A stretch of 58,232 nucleotides of DNA, the filler included, from Sphacelaria rigidula (taxonomy: Eukaryota), in NCBI GenBank assembly GCA_964200075.2. It is 9 parts of 9 records of this genome, joined end to end, with 100 filler letters (N's around TTAATTAATTAA, not from the genome) between each part and the next. Parts side by side here need not be neighbours in the genome. Positions count along the whole stretch, not along the records: positions 6,483 to 12,864 come from CAXNAA020020425.1; positions 12,965 to 19,346 come from CAXNAA020020426.1; positions 19,447 to 25,827 come from CAXNAA020020427.1; 6 more parts are not named here. The stretch is one strand, 5' to 3'. The translations under genes were made by a program, and so were the position numbers. This document shows, one piece after another, positions 11,102-21,536 of the stretch; the stretch's first letter is position 1, and every line of letters begins with the position of its first letter. The notes beneath the pieces are model-generated. The model did no database searches, had not been told where the DNA came from, and worked only from the letters and a program-made list of their open reading frames with translations.

Positions 11102-11399
11102 ACCAGCGATTTCCCAGCTGGGCAGTAGTAACTTGCAACGTGCATGGGCATTGTCGCAGGTCGAAACGTGGACCGCCTCCCGAACGAGAAGCAGCAGCAG
11201 CAGCAGCAGTAGCAGCATCTTCTCTACCAGCAGATGTGTCCGATTGGGGTTTGGGCTGAATCAACAGATGTCGATACTGCTGCTGCTGCTGCCTCTGGTG
11301 CTGCTGTTCTTCCTCCTGCGAGAGACGGTCCGCGTTTCGACCGTGCGACAACGCCCACGCACCTGGCGCGTGATTGCCACCCTGCTGCAAATGGCTGGT
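11102..11399. repeat. Imperfect long inverted repeat (hairpin) with CAG/CTG tracts in the arms
   Basis: GTGCATGGGCATTGTCGCAGGTCGAAACGTGGACCGCCTC pairs with GAGACGGTCCGCGTTTCGACCGTGCGACAACGCCCACGCAC. (CAG)n faces (CTG)n. Confidence 0.8.
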
Positions 11400-12964
11400 A
11401 CTACCCGCCGATGGGCCCATGCTTGCTCTCTCGGCAAAGTGCGGGTAAATATAGATGTGCGCATCTCTCTTTAAGAGCTGTGCATGTCGGGTGTGTATCC
11501 CACACGTGGCTACAGCTGCTGGTGATGGGAAAGCCAGTTGTGCTCCCCATGAAGAGCCGAATAGCCCACGCCTTGCAACCATGTGACCCTCCTCTTCCCA
11601 TTCTCAGGCAAATACTCATCCGCTCTCACGAAAAATTATTATCAAATCATCAATTTTTGTTCGAGTGGTTTCGGGGGAGATGAGAATCTGGCATCAACTC
11701 ACAACCAATCGGAAACACACAAAAAAAACGCCCAGAATCACCATCACTCTCATGCCGCGTTCTTACGTTTCTGGTCTCGTTAACACGGGCCCTTAGCAAA
11801 ACCATGTATGAGCGATAGCTAGTGAGCTGGCTATGAAAGTTTCGGGCAAGATCTTTACATCCAGATAGTATTCGGCAGTCTTGACTGCTGCTCTTTCCAA
11901 AAAAAACGAGATTGAAGACACTAGTCACCGGCCGGGTGCCCATTCTGTCAAAAGCGTCGTCAGTGGTATCTATGGTGCAGCGTGCTCACTTTATACTTTA
12001 TACGCCGTTCGAATGACCATGACCAGCAATGACTATTATTTGGATGAAAGTATCAAGTGACGAAACCTCTGCAGCCTACGAGCGACTGCGCAGTTCTGTA
12101 TGTGCTGTAGATCGGCAAACGTTCCTTGTTCAGCGAATTCGCGCTACGCCGACGAGGCTGAAAGCCCTCGTGTTCCTTGTCATGCCTGGAACCTAGCTAG
12201 CTGCGATGGGTGTCACCGACAAGACTGTGTCGTGCTGTGGGTTCACTTTGCACGTATAGATCCGGGCGACTACAAAGGAACGGGGCCATACGAATCTGGG
12301 CCTCAACTTTTTTTATCGACGTAATTTGACGCCAGAAATGAGGCACACATATTTTACGCTGCAGCATTTTTTCTGCAATACTGCACTGTTTTTTTAAACA
12401 AGAAATAAGCGATGCTAACCTCCCCACCTCCCTTCGCAGGAGAAAGGATATCGAGCCCAGACATGAATCAGCGTTACTGCGTGTGCGTTCTGTAGCCTGT
12501 AGGGCTTGTGTCCAAAGAATATTCATCGCATTTGTCTCGTGGTTGAGGTCAATGCTTGACAGAGAGCTTCAAAGGCTGGGTGCTCCACGCGCTGGCATTC
12601 GCAGACACATCGTTGCCTGGAGACTGACTGCCATGGCCTCGTGCTCTCTACGGGACTGACTTGCTGAAGCGTGCAGCAGCACTGTGACGATACGGTTGGT
12701 ACGAGGGGTGTAGCAGTGGGTCGCTGTATTTCCCTCTTGCTTGCAGCTTATGGCATTTTTCTGCCATTGTCATCATTTTTTTTTTTCGTCCCCAGAGGAC
12801 AGGAAGGAACCTTTTACGCATACACTTCGCTATTTCTAGTTTCGTGCAGCGCTTCGTGTCGCCCNNNNNNNNNNNNNNNNNNNNNNNNNNNNNNNNNNNN
12901 NNNNNNNNTTAATTAATTAANNNNNNNNNNNNNNNNNNNNNNNNNNNNNNNNNNNNNNNNNNNN

Positions 12965-13684
12965 TTGCTAATTTTTCTCATTTTTTTTTTCATTTTTTTT
13001 CGTTTTTTTAGTGGAGTTTTGAGGGAAAATGAACGTTGCTCTTAGGCCTTATCGCACTGTTGTAGCTCATTTTCTAGAATTGTGATTTGAAAATTAGCAT
13101 GGGGAACCACAAAAGTGTGCCGAAAAAGAAAAGACGGGCCTTCATTTTTTTTTTTTCAGAGACGTTCGGACGTTCTCGTGGAAAATTGGTCCTGACCATA
13201 GTAGAACGCCCTGAACCAGTGAATAAAAATGAAAAAAATCAACCTAACCCACATTTTCTGTTAATTATGCCTAAGAGCGCCCACACCAAATTTCAATACA
13301 CGAAAACCAAACGTGGGCCAGTGAGTGGCCTGCGAAATACTGTTCCGAATTACTATCGCCCCGGTTTTTGATAGGCCCATTCTCTTTTGTTATACATTTA
13401 GAGTTGGGCCCTGAAATTTGGTATGGACAGTGCATAGGGCATAATAAGAAAAAAATTACTGAAGTACCCAGAATTTTTTTTTCCCATGAGTTAAGGGCAC
13501 TAATCGGTTTTCAGGTATCACCAAAATGCCCTTAACTCATAAAAAAAAACTTTTGGTACTTCAGTAATTTTTTTTCTTATGCCCTATGCACTGTCCATAC
13601 CAAATTTCAGGGCCCAAATCTAAATGTATATAAAAGAGCATGGGCCTGCAAACTTCAAATCCGCCTTTAGGCTGGCCCAGCTCG
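12965..13684. mobile_element. Right part of non-autonomous Tc1/mariner-like element (family B) with internal palindrome at about 13375-13646
   Basis: Ends AGGCTGGCCCAGCTCG. Homologous to 31190-31882 and 28040-29032. Confidence 0.75.
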
Positions 13685-15236
13685 TGTATGTATCAATTTC
13701 TTGCAACAATATCAACAGAAAATATTCAAAACAGTCTTTGTTTATCAATTTCTTGTCACGAAGTTTACAAAAAAAACATGACAATCTTCGAAAAAATGTC
13801 CTCCGGGGGGGCGGGGGGGGGGAAGGGGGGGGGGGCTATGTCCAAAACAAATCCGCGCTACCCCCTGGATTAAGTAACCTAATTTTTTTCAAGGTTGTAA
13901 AAGGCTTGACATGCATGAAACGCGCCTAAACTTGCGATAACTTTTTATGTGCCTCCTGCAGTGACTCTTCTAGCAGCTGCCCGCAAGTGCTCCATGCGGC
14001 GTGACTCGTCACCAGATAGGCCGACAAGCTTCAGACTTCAAGAAGAGTTCAAACTTCGATAATCGTTTTCGTGTTCCCATGTGTTGCGGGTCTCATCAGA
14101 AAAGCGCACCACTCAATTTTCTATATTATACGTGGTACTACTGTACGATGTTTTGAAAAAGGTGAATAACTACTCACTGTCCGAGTCCTTTTCACGTCTC
14201 GTCATTGTATTTCAAGTAGAACAGATAGTCTCGCGCTGTTTGTACTGCACGTTGCCTGCTTTTGGTTCACATCCTACCGTACGAAATACACACGGACACA
14301 TCCAGACACCCTATATGCTAACAGTGAAGACTGTATTGTTCACAAGCTACGAAGTACCGCAGACTGTGCTGTTCACAAGCGACCGAGTACCCACGAATTT
14401 CACTTGCTTCTGTCGATCGAAAACCTCAAAATTCGCCTGGACCCAACTCTATTTCACCACCTTGGTACTGCATGTTTCACCACCTTGGTACTGCACTACT
14501 ACTGTTGTACTGTACTGTGAGACAGGCTAATCGGGGCCAAAATAGAAATTAAATTTTTGCAAATTGTGTCCGAGATCTTCCTGACGGAAAATCGCACAAG
14601 CCAATCAGATGTGAATGATACGCCCATTCGATCGGCGAAGAAGCGAATGGGCCTCCCGGTCGGTTGGGAAAAGAAGCACAGAAGGTCATCTGCACCCATG
14701 ACACGCACACGTCCCTGCTGCATTGCACCACCGGTACGGTCTATACATAAACCATTCATCTAAACTGTGACAATGCAACTTTTTCCTTTCGGAGGCCGTT
14801 GCTTCTGTCGTTTTTCTGTTCCTTTTGTGGAAGTCGTGAGACTCCCGGTGACGGTAGAAACCGTCGAAGGTGGCCGATGATTTTCCTCGGGTTATGTAGT
14901 CAAGGATTGACCGTAAGTCGTGGGGTTGAAGCAAAGTGGATCACTCGGGAAAGCTTGACGAGCGCGAGCGAGTTAGCCCGATGACGAAGTCTGAGAGTCT
15001 TGGTCAAGAGTGTTCCCCAGGGATAGCCAGCAGTTCGCTGGGAAGATCCCTGTTACCTTGGGGTCCCAGATCCGGCTGTGCAGATATGGAAGTTTCGGGA
15101 CCCTGTAACAGCCGTTCACTAGATTACACGTCATAAAAGGAAATCTCTCCGCACATGCCCAAATGGCGATCTCCACACTTTCTTTCTTTTTTGTATTTTG
15201 TATTTGTTATTATTCTGTTCTATTTTTGCTGCTCCT

Positions 15237-15297
15237 GACCACGGGCTGGATTGTTGCAATCAGCTAATGTGAGATAATCAATCAACCAATCAATCAA
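15237..15297 (+). mobile_element. Non-LTR retroelement 3' end: stem-loop plus (ATCA)n tail
   Basis: GACCACGGGCTGGATTGTTGCAATCAGCTAATGTGAGATAATCAATCAA. Near-identical copy at 42267-42320. Confidence 0.7.
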
Positions 15298-16255
15298 CAC
15301 AGATGGCCCGCTTTGGAGATGCCCCTCTGTATAGGTCGATACAAAGCCGATCGAAAACGCAGAGTAAAGTACAGCAGTGGAATGCTTCACATCACAGTTC
15401 AGTGTTGTCTTCTGTCTCCTACCCGTTGCGTTCGTTCCGTTCGTCTATGGGTATCACCAAGGCTCAGACTACACGAACTCTCCGACACTTTCATCCCGTC
15501 TTGCCTCCACTTGAAGAAACAGTTTATTGGGCTGCGTTGGGCATTCATTTGTGAAGTGAATAGCTCTCTCATAACAAATACAACTGACCCATAATGAGGT
15601 GGCTGCCCTCCCTGTGAAGAGACAAAGCCGAAATGCACCGTACAGCTCAGTACAGCACAGTACAGCGCAGCGCAGTACAGTATAACATTTTCTTCTCTGT
15701 GCCCCCCCCCGCATTCCTCCCTTCTTCTGCGGGTATCGTCGAGTATCGGATAACTCATTTGGAGATCGTCGCTCTTGCCGCCCGCTATCAACGTGACGCT
15801 TGATCGCCGTCTGTGTGTCATGCTTTATGCATCTGCACGTACCACTCCATTCACGAAGTGTCCTTGAACCCCTGAGTCACGACGGTGTGAAACAGACAGT
15901 GCCGACGACACCGCCGCGAAATGCACGACCTCGATAGTGTACTGTACTGTGCTGCACTGAACTTTCGCACTGACCACCGTTCGAGCCAGCCGTGAGGTCT
16001 GCATCGTAACCAGCTGCACTGTAGTGTCTGTGTGTACCAGCTAACGCTTTCCGGGAACACGGGTGATTGTCCCGCAGTCGGAGACAGGTCTGGATATGTC
16101 TACGGGCGTGACAGAATGAGATGAATGAACGACGTTCACAAATGATTTACCGGACCAAACGCACACAATTGCAACGAACAGAACGGCATACTACGTTCGC
16201 CATGGTGATGTCTTCTGTAGTAAACGCCACACCCTATACCTTTGCCAGTCGCCGT

Positions 16256-16497
16256 GAGCAGTGCTACGATAGGGGTTGCATTTTTTGTTTCCGGGCCTCG
16301 TTTTCGTAGGAGCCCAAATATATGGGGCTTACTGTGCTACCCAAATCTCCTGGGACAGGACATGGAAATGCACACAGGAGCCTTTTCGTGAATCGGCATC
16401 ATTTTTAGTAAAAATGATGCCGATTCTTAAAATGATCCCTGCAAAACCCCGAGAAACATTTTCGCTTCAAAAGCGCAAGCCTACCGTAGCATAACTC
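16256..16497. mobile_element. MITE with GAG..CTC termini (Sola2-like)
   Basis: TIR GAGCAGTGCTACGATAGG / CCTACCGTAGCATAACTC. Flanks CCGT/CCAT. Homologous to 55363-55637. Confidence 0.8.
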
Positions 16498-16577
16498 CCA
16501 TGGTGTTGCTTCTGTATCACTGGGTACACATCATACATGATGCATGAGGACACGCACAAAAGTAAGTCCGATTCAGA

Positions 16578-16786
16578 CCTCTTGACACCGCGACGGCTCT
16601 GGGAACCGCACAGCGCACAGCTGCACTCAACAGAACTTAGTAAATTGATGCCGATTCAACAGAAGACTAACCTCGCGATCAAGGGTTAACCCCTAGACAG
16701 CGAGAGTAGGTCATGTGTGGAATCGGCATCAATTTAACTTGAAAAAGTATGCATGATCCAAAAAGACTACCCTCGCGGTGTAAGGG
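16578..16786. mobile_element. Two adjacent ~100-bp piggyBac-like MITEs
   Basis: Second copy 16690-16786 is TTAA|CCCCT...TAAGGG|TTAA. The first copy ends AAGGG|TTAA at 16685. Confidence 0.6.
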
Positions 16787-18004
16787 TTAAGCGGACGCCA
16801 CGCCGCTGACCTTGGGTTCACTGCACAGCTAGGTACACAAAAAGCATCGTTTGTCTCTTCATAATTCGTGACTTTTTTGTAAGGATGCATGCCCAGCACA
16901 ACATATACGGGAAATGAGTGTTTGCTGCAGTGATTTTGCCCACTTGGAAGGGATTTGTTGTTCTGACTCGATTTTGAAACCGATTTGTGAGGCGTATATC
17001 CATTCTGTACATTGTGTCCAACCCTTTGAGCGTCCAGGTGGATCATCTGTCATCTGTAGAGTCGACACCATCTTCAGTCACTTGAACATTGAATATGAGA
17101 TCCAGATCACAAACCCTTGCGGTCAATCAAGGGGTTAGAAGCACTGAGATAGCGATATATTAGCGGTGCGAAAATCGAAGTTCAACTCTGTTCCTGGGGG
17201 CTGTACAACGGTGTGCTTCAAATCATCTGGAGCGGAAAGCGACCTCCTTTCGAGGGAACGTCCGGCGCTCAGCACACAGAATAGAAATCACTTTCAAACT
17301 CAAGGCGGAAACAACCACCCGGCAGTAAGGTGACAAAGCGTTCGACATCAGCGCACGACGCTTTTTCCACCAATCACCAGCGTACATGACAGTGCATTCT
17401 ACTGCGTTCCAGCAGCGCACGTGCGTCGGACGTCCCGTTGTTGGGCGATGAGTTTCCAGGTTAGGTGACAGTACAGTGCTTTGCGATGCTGACAAAAAAC
17501 ACTGAATTGCTTTGCACGGGTGCGATGTTTCAAATTGGTAGTGTCCAGACTCTTGGGTTTTCAAATTTTATGGGTCCTTATCCAACCTGACGGCGAAGTG
17601 GTGGTAACGGAAGAGGGTGGCTAATTTCTCCTCTTCAATCCGTGCGTTTGACGTAGGTTAGCGTTCCGAGAGGGATCACACGCTCACTTGATCCCAGTAT
17701 CGAGCGGAGGATCATTTCCCCTAATAGTATAGGGAAAAAGTAGGAAAAAAAATAATATGTATAATATATGGGATATGATATATGGGATATGATATATATA
17801 AGAATATAGGATGTTGCTTCCAAAGGTGGTGAAAATCGTGATGTCAGGCGAAACAGTGTTCGACCAGTAGTGACTGCATGACAGCACGCAACTGCTGACT
17901 TCGCCGGGATATTGCCTGCCGGCCTTGGAACAAGTCGGTTGTTGTCGTGTTTATTGAGAGATCGCAGACACTCCGGTAGCCACGTACCGGCCCCCCTCAC
18001 ACCC

Positions 18005-18415
18005 ATGCTTGGCCGTACCATGTTTCTTTCCACTCCCGCGCGCGCCTTGTTCCCGCAAATTGTTGGTTGGAGCGGCTTATTGTTGTCCTCTACAACCTTC
18101 CCTCTTGGCTGCTTCGCCTCACCAGCATCGCCAACATCGTGTGTACTTGCTTTCTCCACCTCCACGGCGACTGAGGGGAATGACGGACTCATCCTACAGC
18201 CACAGGGCAAGCATCACTCCTGGTACTCACTGAAGCCTGTGATTGAGGGCGCCAAGTGGGCGAAATCCCCCGGCCCATACTTCAAGGAGAAAATCGCAGC
18301 TAGCGGTGGTGCGCCGATTTTCAAGATGCACCCGGGCCTCGCGAGCATCGCGTTAACAGACCACGCAAGCGCGAAGTGGTTCTTCTCCCAGCCGGACACA
18401 GTACTCGACCGCCAG
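18005..18415 (+). CDS. First coding exon of a probable CYP74-clan (CYP5164-like) fatty-acid hydroperoxide-metabolising cytochrome P450
   Basis: PYFKEKIAASGGAPIFKMHPGLASIALTDHASAKWFFSQPDTVLDRQ resembles the CYP74 N-terminal pattern (FF.SR..KY.STVFR.NMPPG..IVLLD..SF..LFD). Ser/Thr-rich leader. Phase-0 donor CAG|GTATAG at 18416. Downstream exons are not in this contig. Confidence 0.6.
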
Positions 18416-19136
18416 GTATAGGTATGGTATAGGTATATATATATGTATATATATATACGCTCTCTTCGGTATTTGTTTTTTGGCTCTTGCGTGCGCGTTT
18501 GTGAAAACGATCTGACACATTCTAGTTGATTCTTCGAACAACTGGATGTATGTGCGCTTCATGTGCGTGCTAGTGTCCTTTCGTATGGCATTTTTATCGA
18601 AGCTCATGTGTCATCCCTACACTGCATTCCCACTTTCCTCCACTTGTGAACGATGTTTCAGCAGCGAGATCTCGATCCCACCCAATGCCGACTGAATTCT
18701 TTGACGTAAGACGCTTCCGAGCAAGGTAGTCGCCAGGGTGGTTGATTCGTTGAGCAGGCATCATATTGACTTGAAAAATAACGTCGAGTCCCAGATGACT
18801 CACCCTGGCCGCCCCAGGGTTGGTTCTTCACCGCTATAGGGTGGGTCATCATGGCTGCTAGAAGACAGATCGCCGGCAAACCTCGAACCGTGTTGGTGCC
18901 AGAACCCTCATGTGGACCATAGTAGATAGATTGTGGAGAGGGGGACCACTGTACTTTGCGCACGCTATGCACGTGTATGCATTCGAACACTGATGTCCCA
19001 TTATATATCAGCCGCACAGCACGATCGCGCAGGCACATACGGCGCCTATCAGCAGCGACTGCTGCTGCTGTTGTTAGCTGTACTTGAAATGTATTGTGCA
19101 GTATTTATTTACTGTTCTCGAATATGTTTTTGCGCT

Positions 19137-19346
19137 AGATTCCACAGGCACCGTAGGTAAGGTAGGTACCCGGTACCGGTATTTGGGACACCTCATACCT
19201 TACGGATACCGACCCAATCCGGTATTTTCAAATGCAATACCTACGATACCTGCGATACCAGGGTATTTCGGGATTTCAATTCCTACCCTACCCGCCCAAT
19301 CCGGTATTTTCGAATGCCATACCTACGATACCTGCGATACCAGGGT
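19137..19346. repeat. End of a non-autonomous element with GGTA/TACC-rich ~82-bp tandem subrepeats
   Basis: CCCAATCCGGTATTTTC..ATACCTACGATACCTGCGATACCAGGGT occurs twice and runs into the contig end. Confidence 0.6.
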
Positions 19347-19446
19347 NNNNNNNNNNNNNNNNNNNNNNNNNNNNNNNNNNNNNNNNNNNNTTAATTAATT
19401 AANNNNNNNNNNNNNNNNNNNNNNNNNNNNNNNNNNNNNNNNNNNN

Positions 19447-20604
19447 GGGATACTGCGTGGTTGGCAGGAAATGGTGTAGGTAGGGGACGACGTGTCTAGG
19501 GAGCCAGAGCTACGTTTGGCTCGTTGGAAAATGACACGCGGAACAGTCGGGAAAAGGTCAATCGAAAATATTCTCCTCTGCGACTGAAATGCAAACATCA
19601 TTACCACTCCCAATGCCTACGAATGAGAATGGAAAATCCGCGATGTGCTCTGTTTCGAATACTTATTTTTGTATTAGCTCCGTGCCCCCCGTTCGAAATT
19701 ATTCAAGAAATGTCACAAAAGGTATCGACTCTCATATCAAAACGGAAAACGTGAATAGCCCCATGTTCTAACGGTACTGTTTCTAATCTGATGTACATTC
19801 TTTTGCTATCCTACCGACCGGTTCCCATTGTGAAGATTCAAACGTCTGTGGCATTACGCGTCCTCATTTGTATAGCCAGTACTTCTTCTATTGAATACAA
19901 CGCATCGAATGTTACTTGTTCCGACTCTTTACTGGCCGAGCCGTTGGTATCTTCACCGAGAACGAACCCTTGAATCTGATGATGGGGTCACATGCCAGTA
20001 GACTTCACCACTCGGTACTTGACCGATAGTTCTCGGAAATTTCCGGTTTGTGGACAGGTGTAGTATTGCATTGTAGTGTGGACACCGAAATTCGGATCTT
20101 GGGAGTGCGCTGTGCTCTTCGGCGTGCAACTAGCGTGCGCAAAACGCGTTTTTGTCTAATGCGGCGCGTAGGGCGCCGATTTAAGGTCTGGCAACGTACA
20201 CGTTGCATAGGGAACACGTTGCACCTCCCCTGCCCGAGGGTTCTCGGCAAATCTTCGTTGGGGTTGAGGTTGGGGTTAGGATTAGGGTCAGTGTTATTTG
20301 AAATCCATCAGCACCTGCACAAACCATAAATTTCCAAGAATTATCTGTCAAGTACCGAGTGGTAAAGTAACCTCTCAAATGCACACAAAACCCGCCCAAA
20401 AATCTTTGTTCCGGGGATTGAGCTATTCGTCCTATCTTTCTGTTATAACTGTCATAGACTCATCTCTGCGTCGCTCGCAATGGGGACGCAGAGAGGGGGC
20501 GACTGTTCCGCGTGTCATTTTCCAACGAGCCAAACGTAGCTCTGGCTCCCTAGACACGTCGTCCCCTACCTACACCATTTCCTGCCAACCACGCAGTATC
20601 CCTC
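19447..20604. mobile_element. ~1.16-kb non-autonomous DNA transposon with ~104-bp perfect TIRs
   Basis: 19447-19549 is the exact reverse complement of about 20500-20602. The right end is ..GCAGTATCCCTC, a GAG-type terminus. Confidence 0.88.
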
Positions 20605-21536
20605 TGCGGAGCCTATTCTACAACATTCGGTGAGTGTGAATTTCGGACAAATGGACGTTGCTGACAGAGACGAACTTTGAACAGCGCCGTTGTAGAGTCA
20701 CCCTGTTGATTGACGGTACTCTTTCGTGTTGGCTATATGTTTTTTTCTTGTATTATCGCGTTTCGTGAGTTTTTAAATCTGGGTCTATTTTGTGTTTTAT
20801 GGCTTTTTTGCTAGCCTGTGACCACGGAAGGCGTCCGCATCAGATACCCAGTACGAATGTACCGCGCAGATATCGGAACGGTTCGTAATGTGAAGACAAG
20901 CAGAGTGAGGGAGGTGCGCGACCCCTAACAAGGAAAACCAACGCTCCGCATGACCTATACTGAACAGTCATGAACCACAATCCCGCCGCATGAAACCGTA
21001 ACACTTGGAACGAACACCCCATGCAGTCGAGCCGCAACCGATATATCTGCTCACAGGAACACATTGCCCTATTTTCCAATGAGATGCTTTTCAGCGCCAG
21101 AGACGCGTCCTGTCCAAAAAGAGAGGCAGAGAGAAATACATCTTCGCATTGTTAAGCTCGACAGGCAAGAAGAGACGAAATGTCTCTGCATCTCGATGTT
21201 CTGGCACATGAAAAATCGGGCACAAGCTAGTAACACCGATGATGCCATTCTCTCGAGAGTTAGGTAGTCGCCGAGCGAGGGCACACAAAGGACACAGGCG
21301 AGGAGCTTCCTCTCTGTCGTTGCTTCTCCCTCTGGTGATATCGTCATCGACACGCGTGTACACCGCATTTGATCTGTACACCTAGCCACAGTTGCTTGAC
21401 TTTTGCGAGGGTTTGGGGGGAATAAAGGCCTCGCTCGGTCGTAAGAATTTCGCGTCATCCCTGAGGAAAAAAAATGCCACTTGAACTTCACTATTGATAT
21501 CGTTCCCATTTTCCAAGATCAACTATTTATTGTCGT

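Noticed and set aside
10956..11582. 208-aa poly-Gln/poly-Ala ORF
   Set aside because: It arises from the CAG/CTG tracts of the inverted repeat, with no domain or exon evidence.
15200..15275. HDV-like ribozyme (GG-P4-CTAA pattern)
   Set aside because: No adjacent upstream P2/P3/L3 strands were found, and two family variants have T in place of the would-be catalytic C. A LINE 3' stem-loop explains it better.
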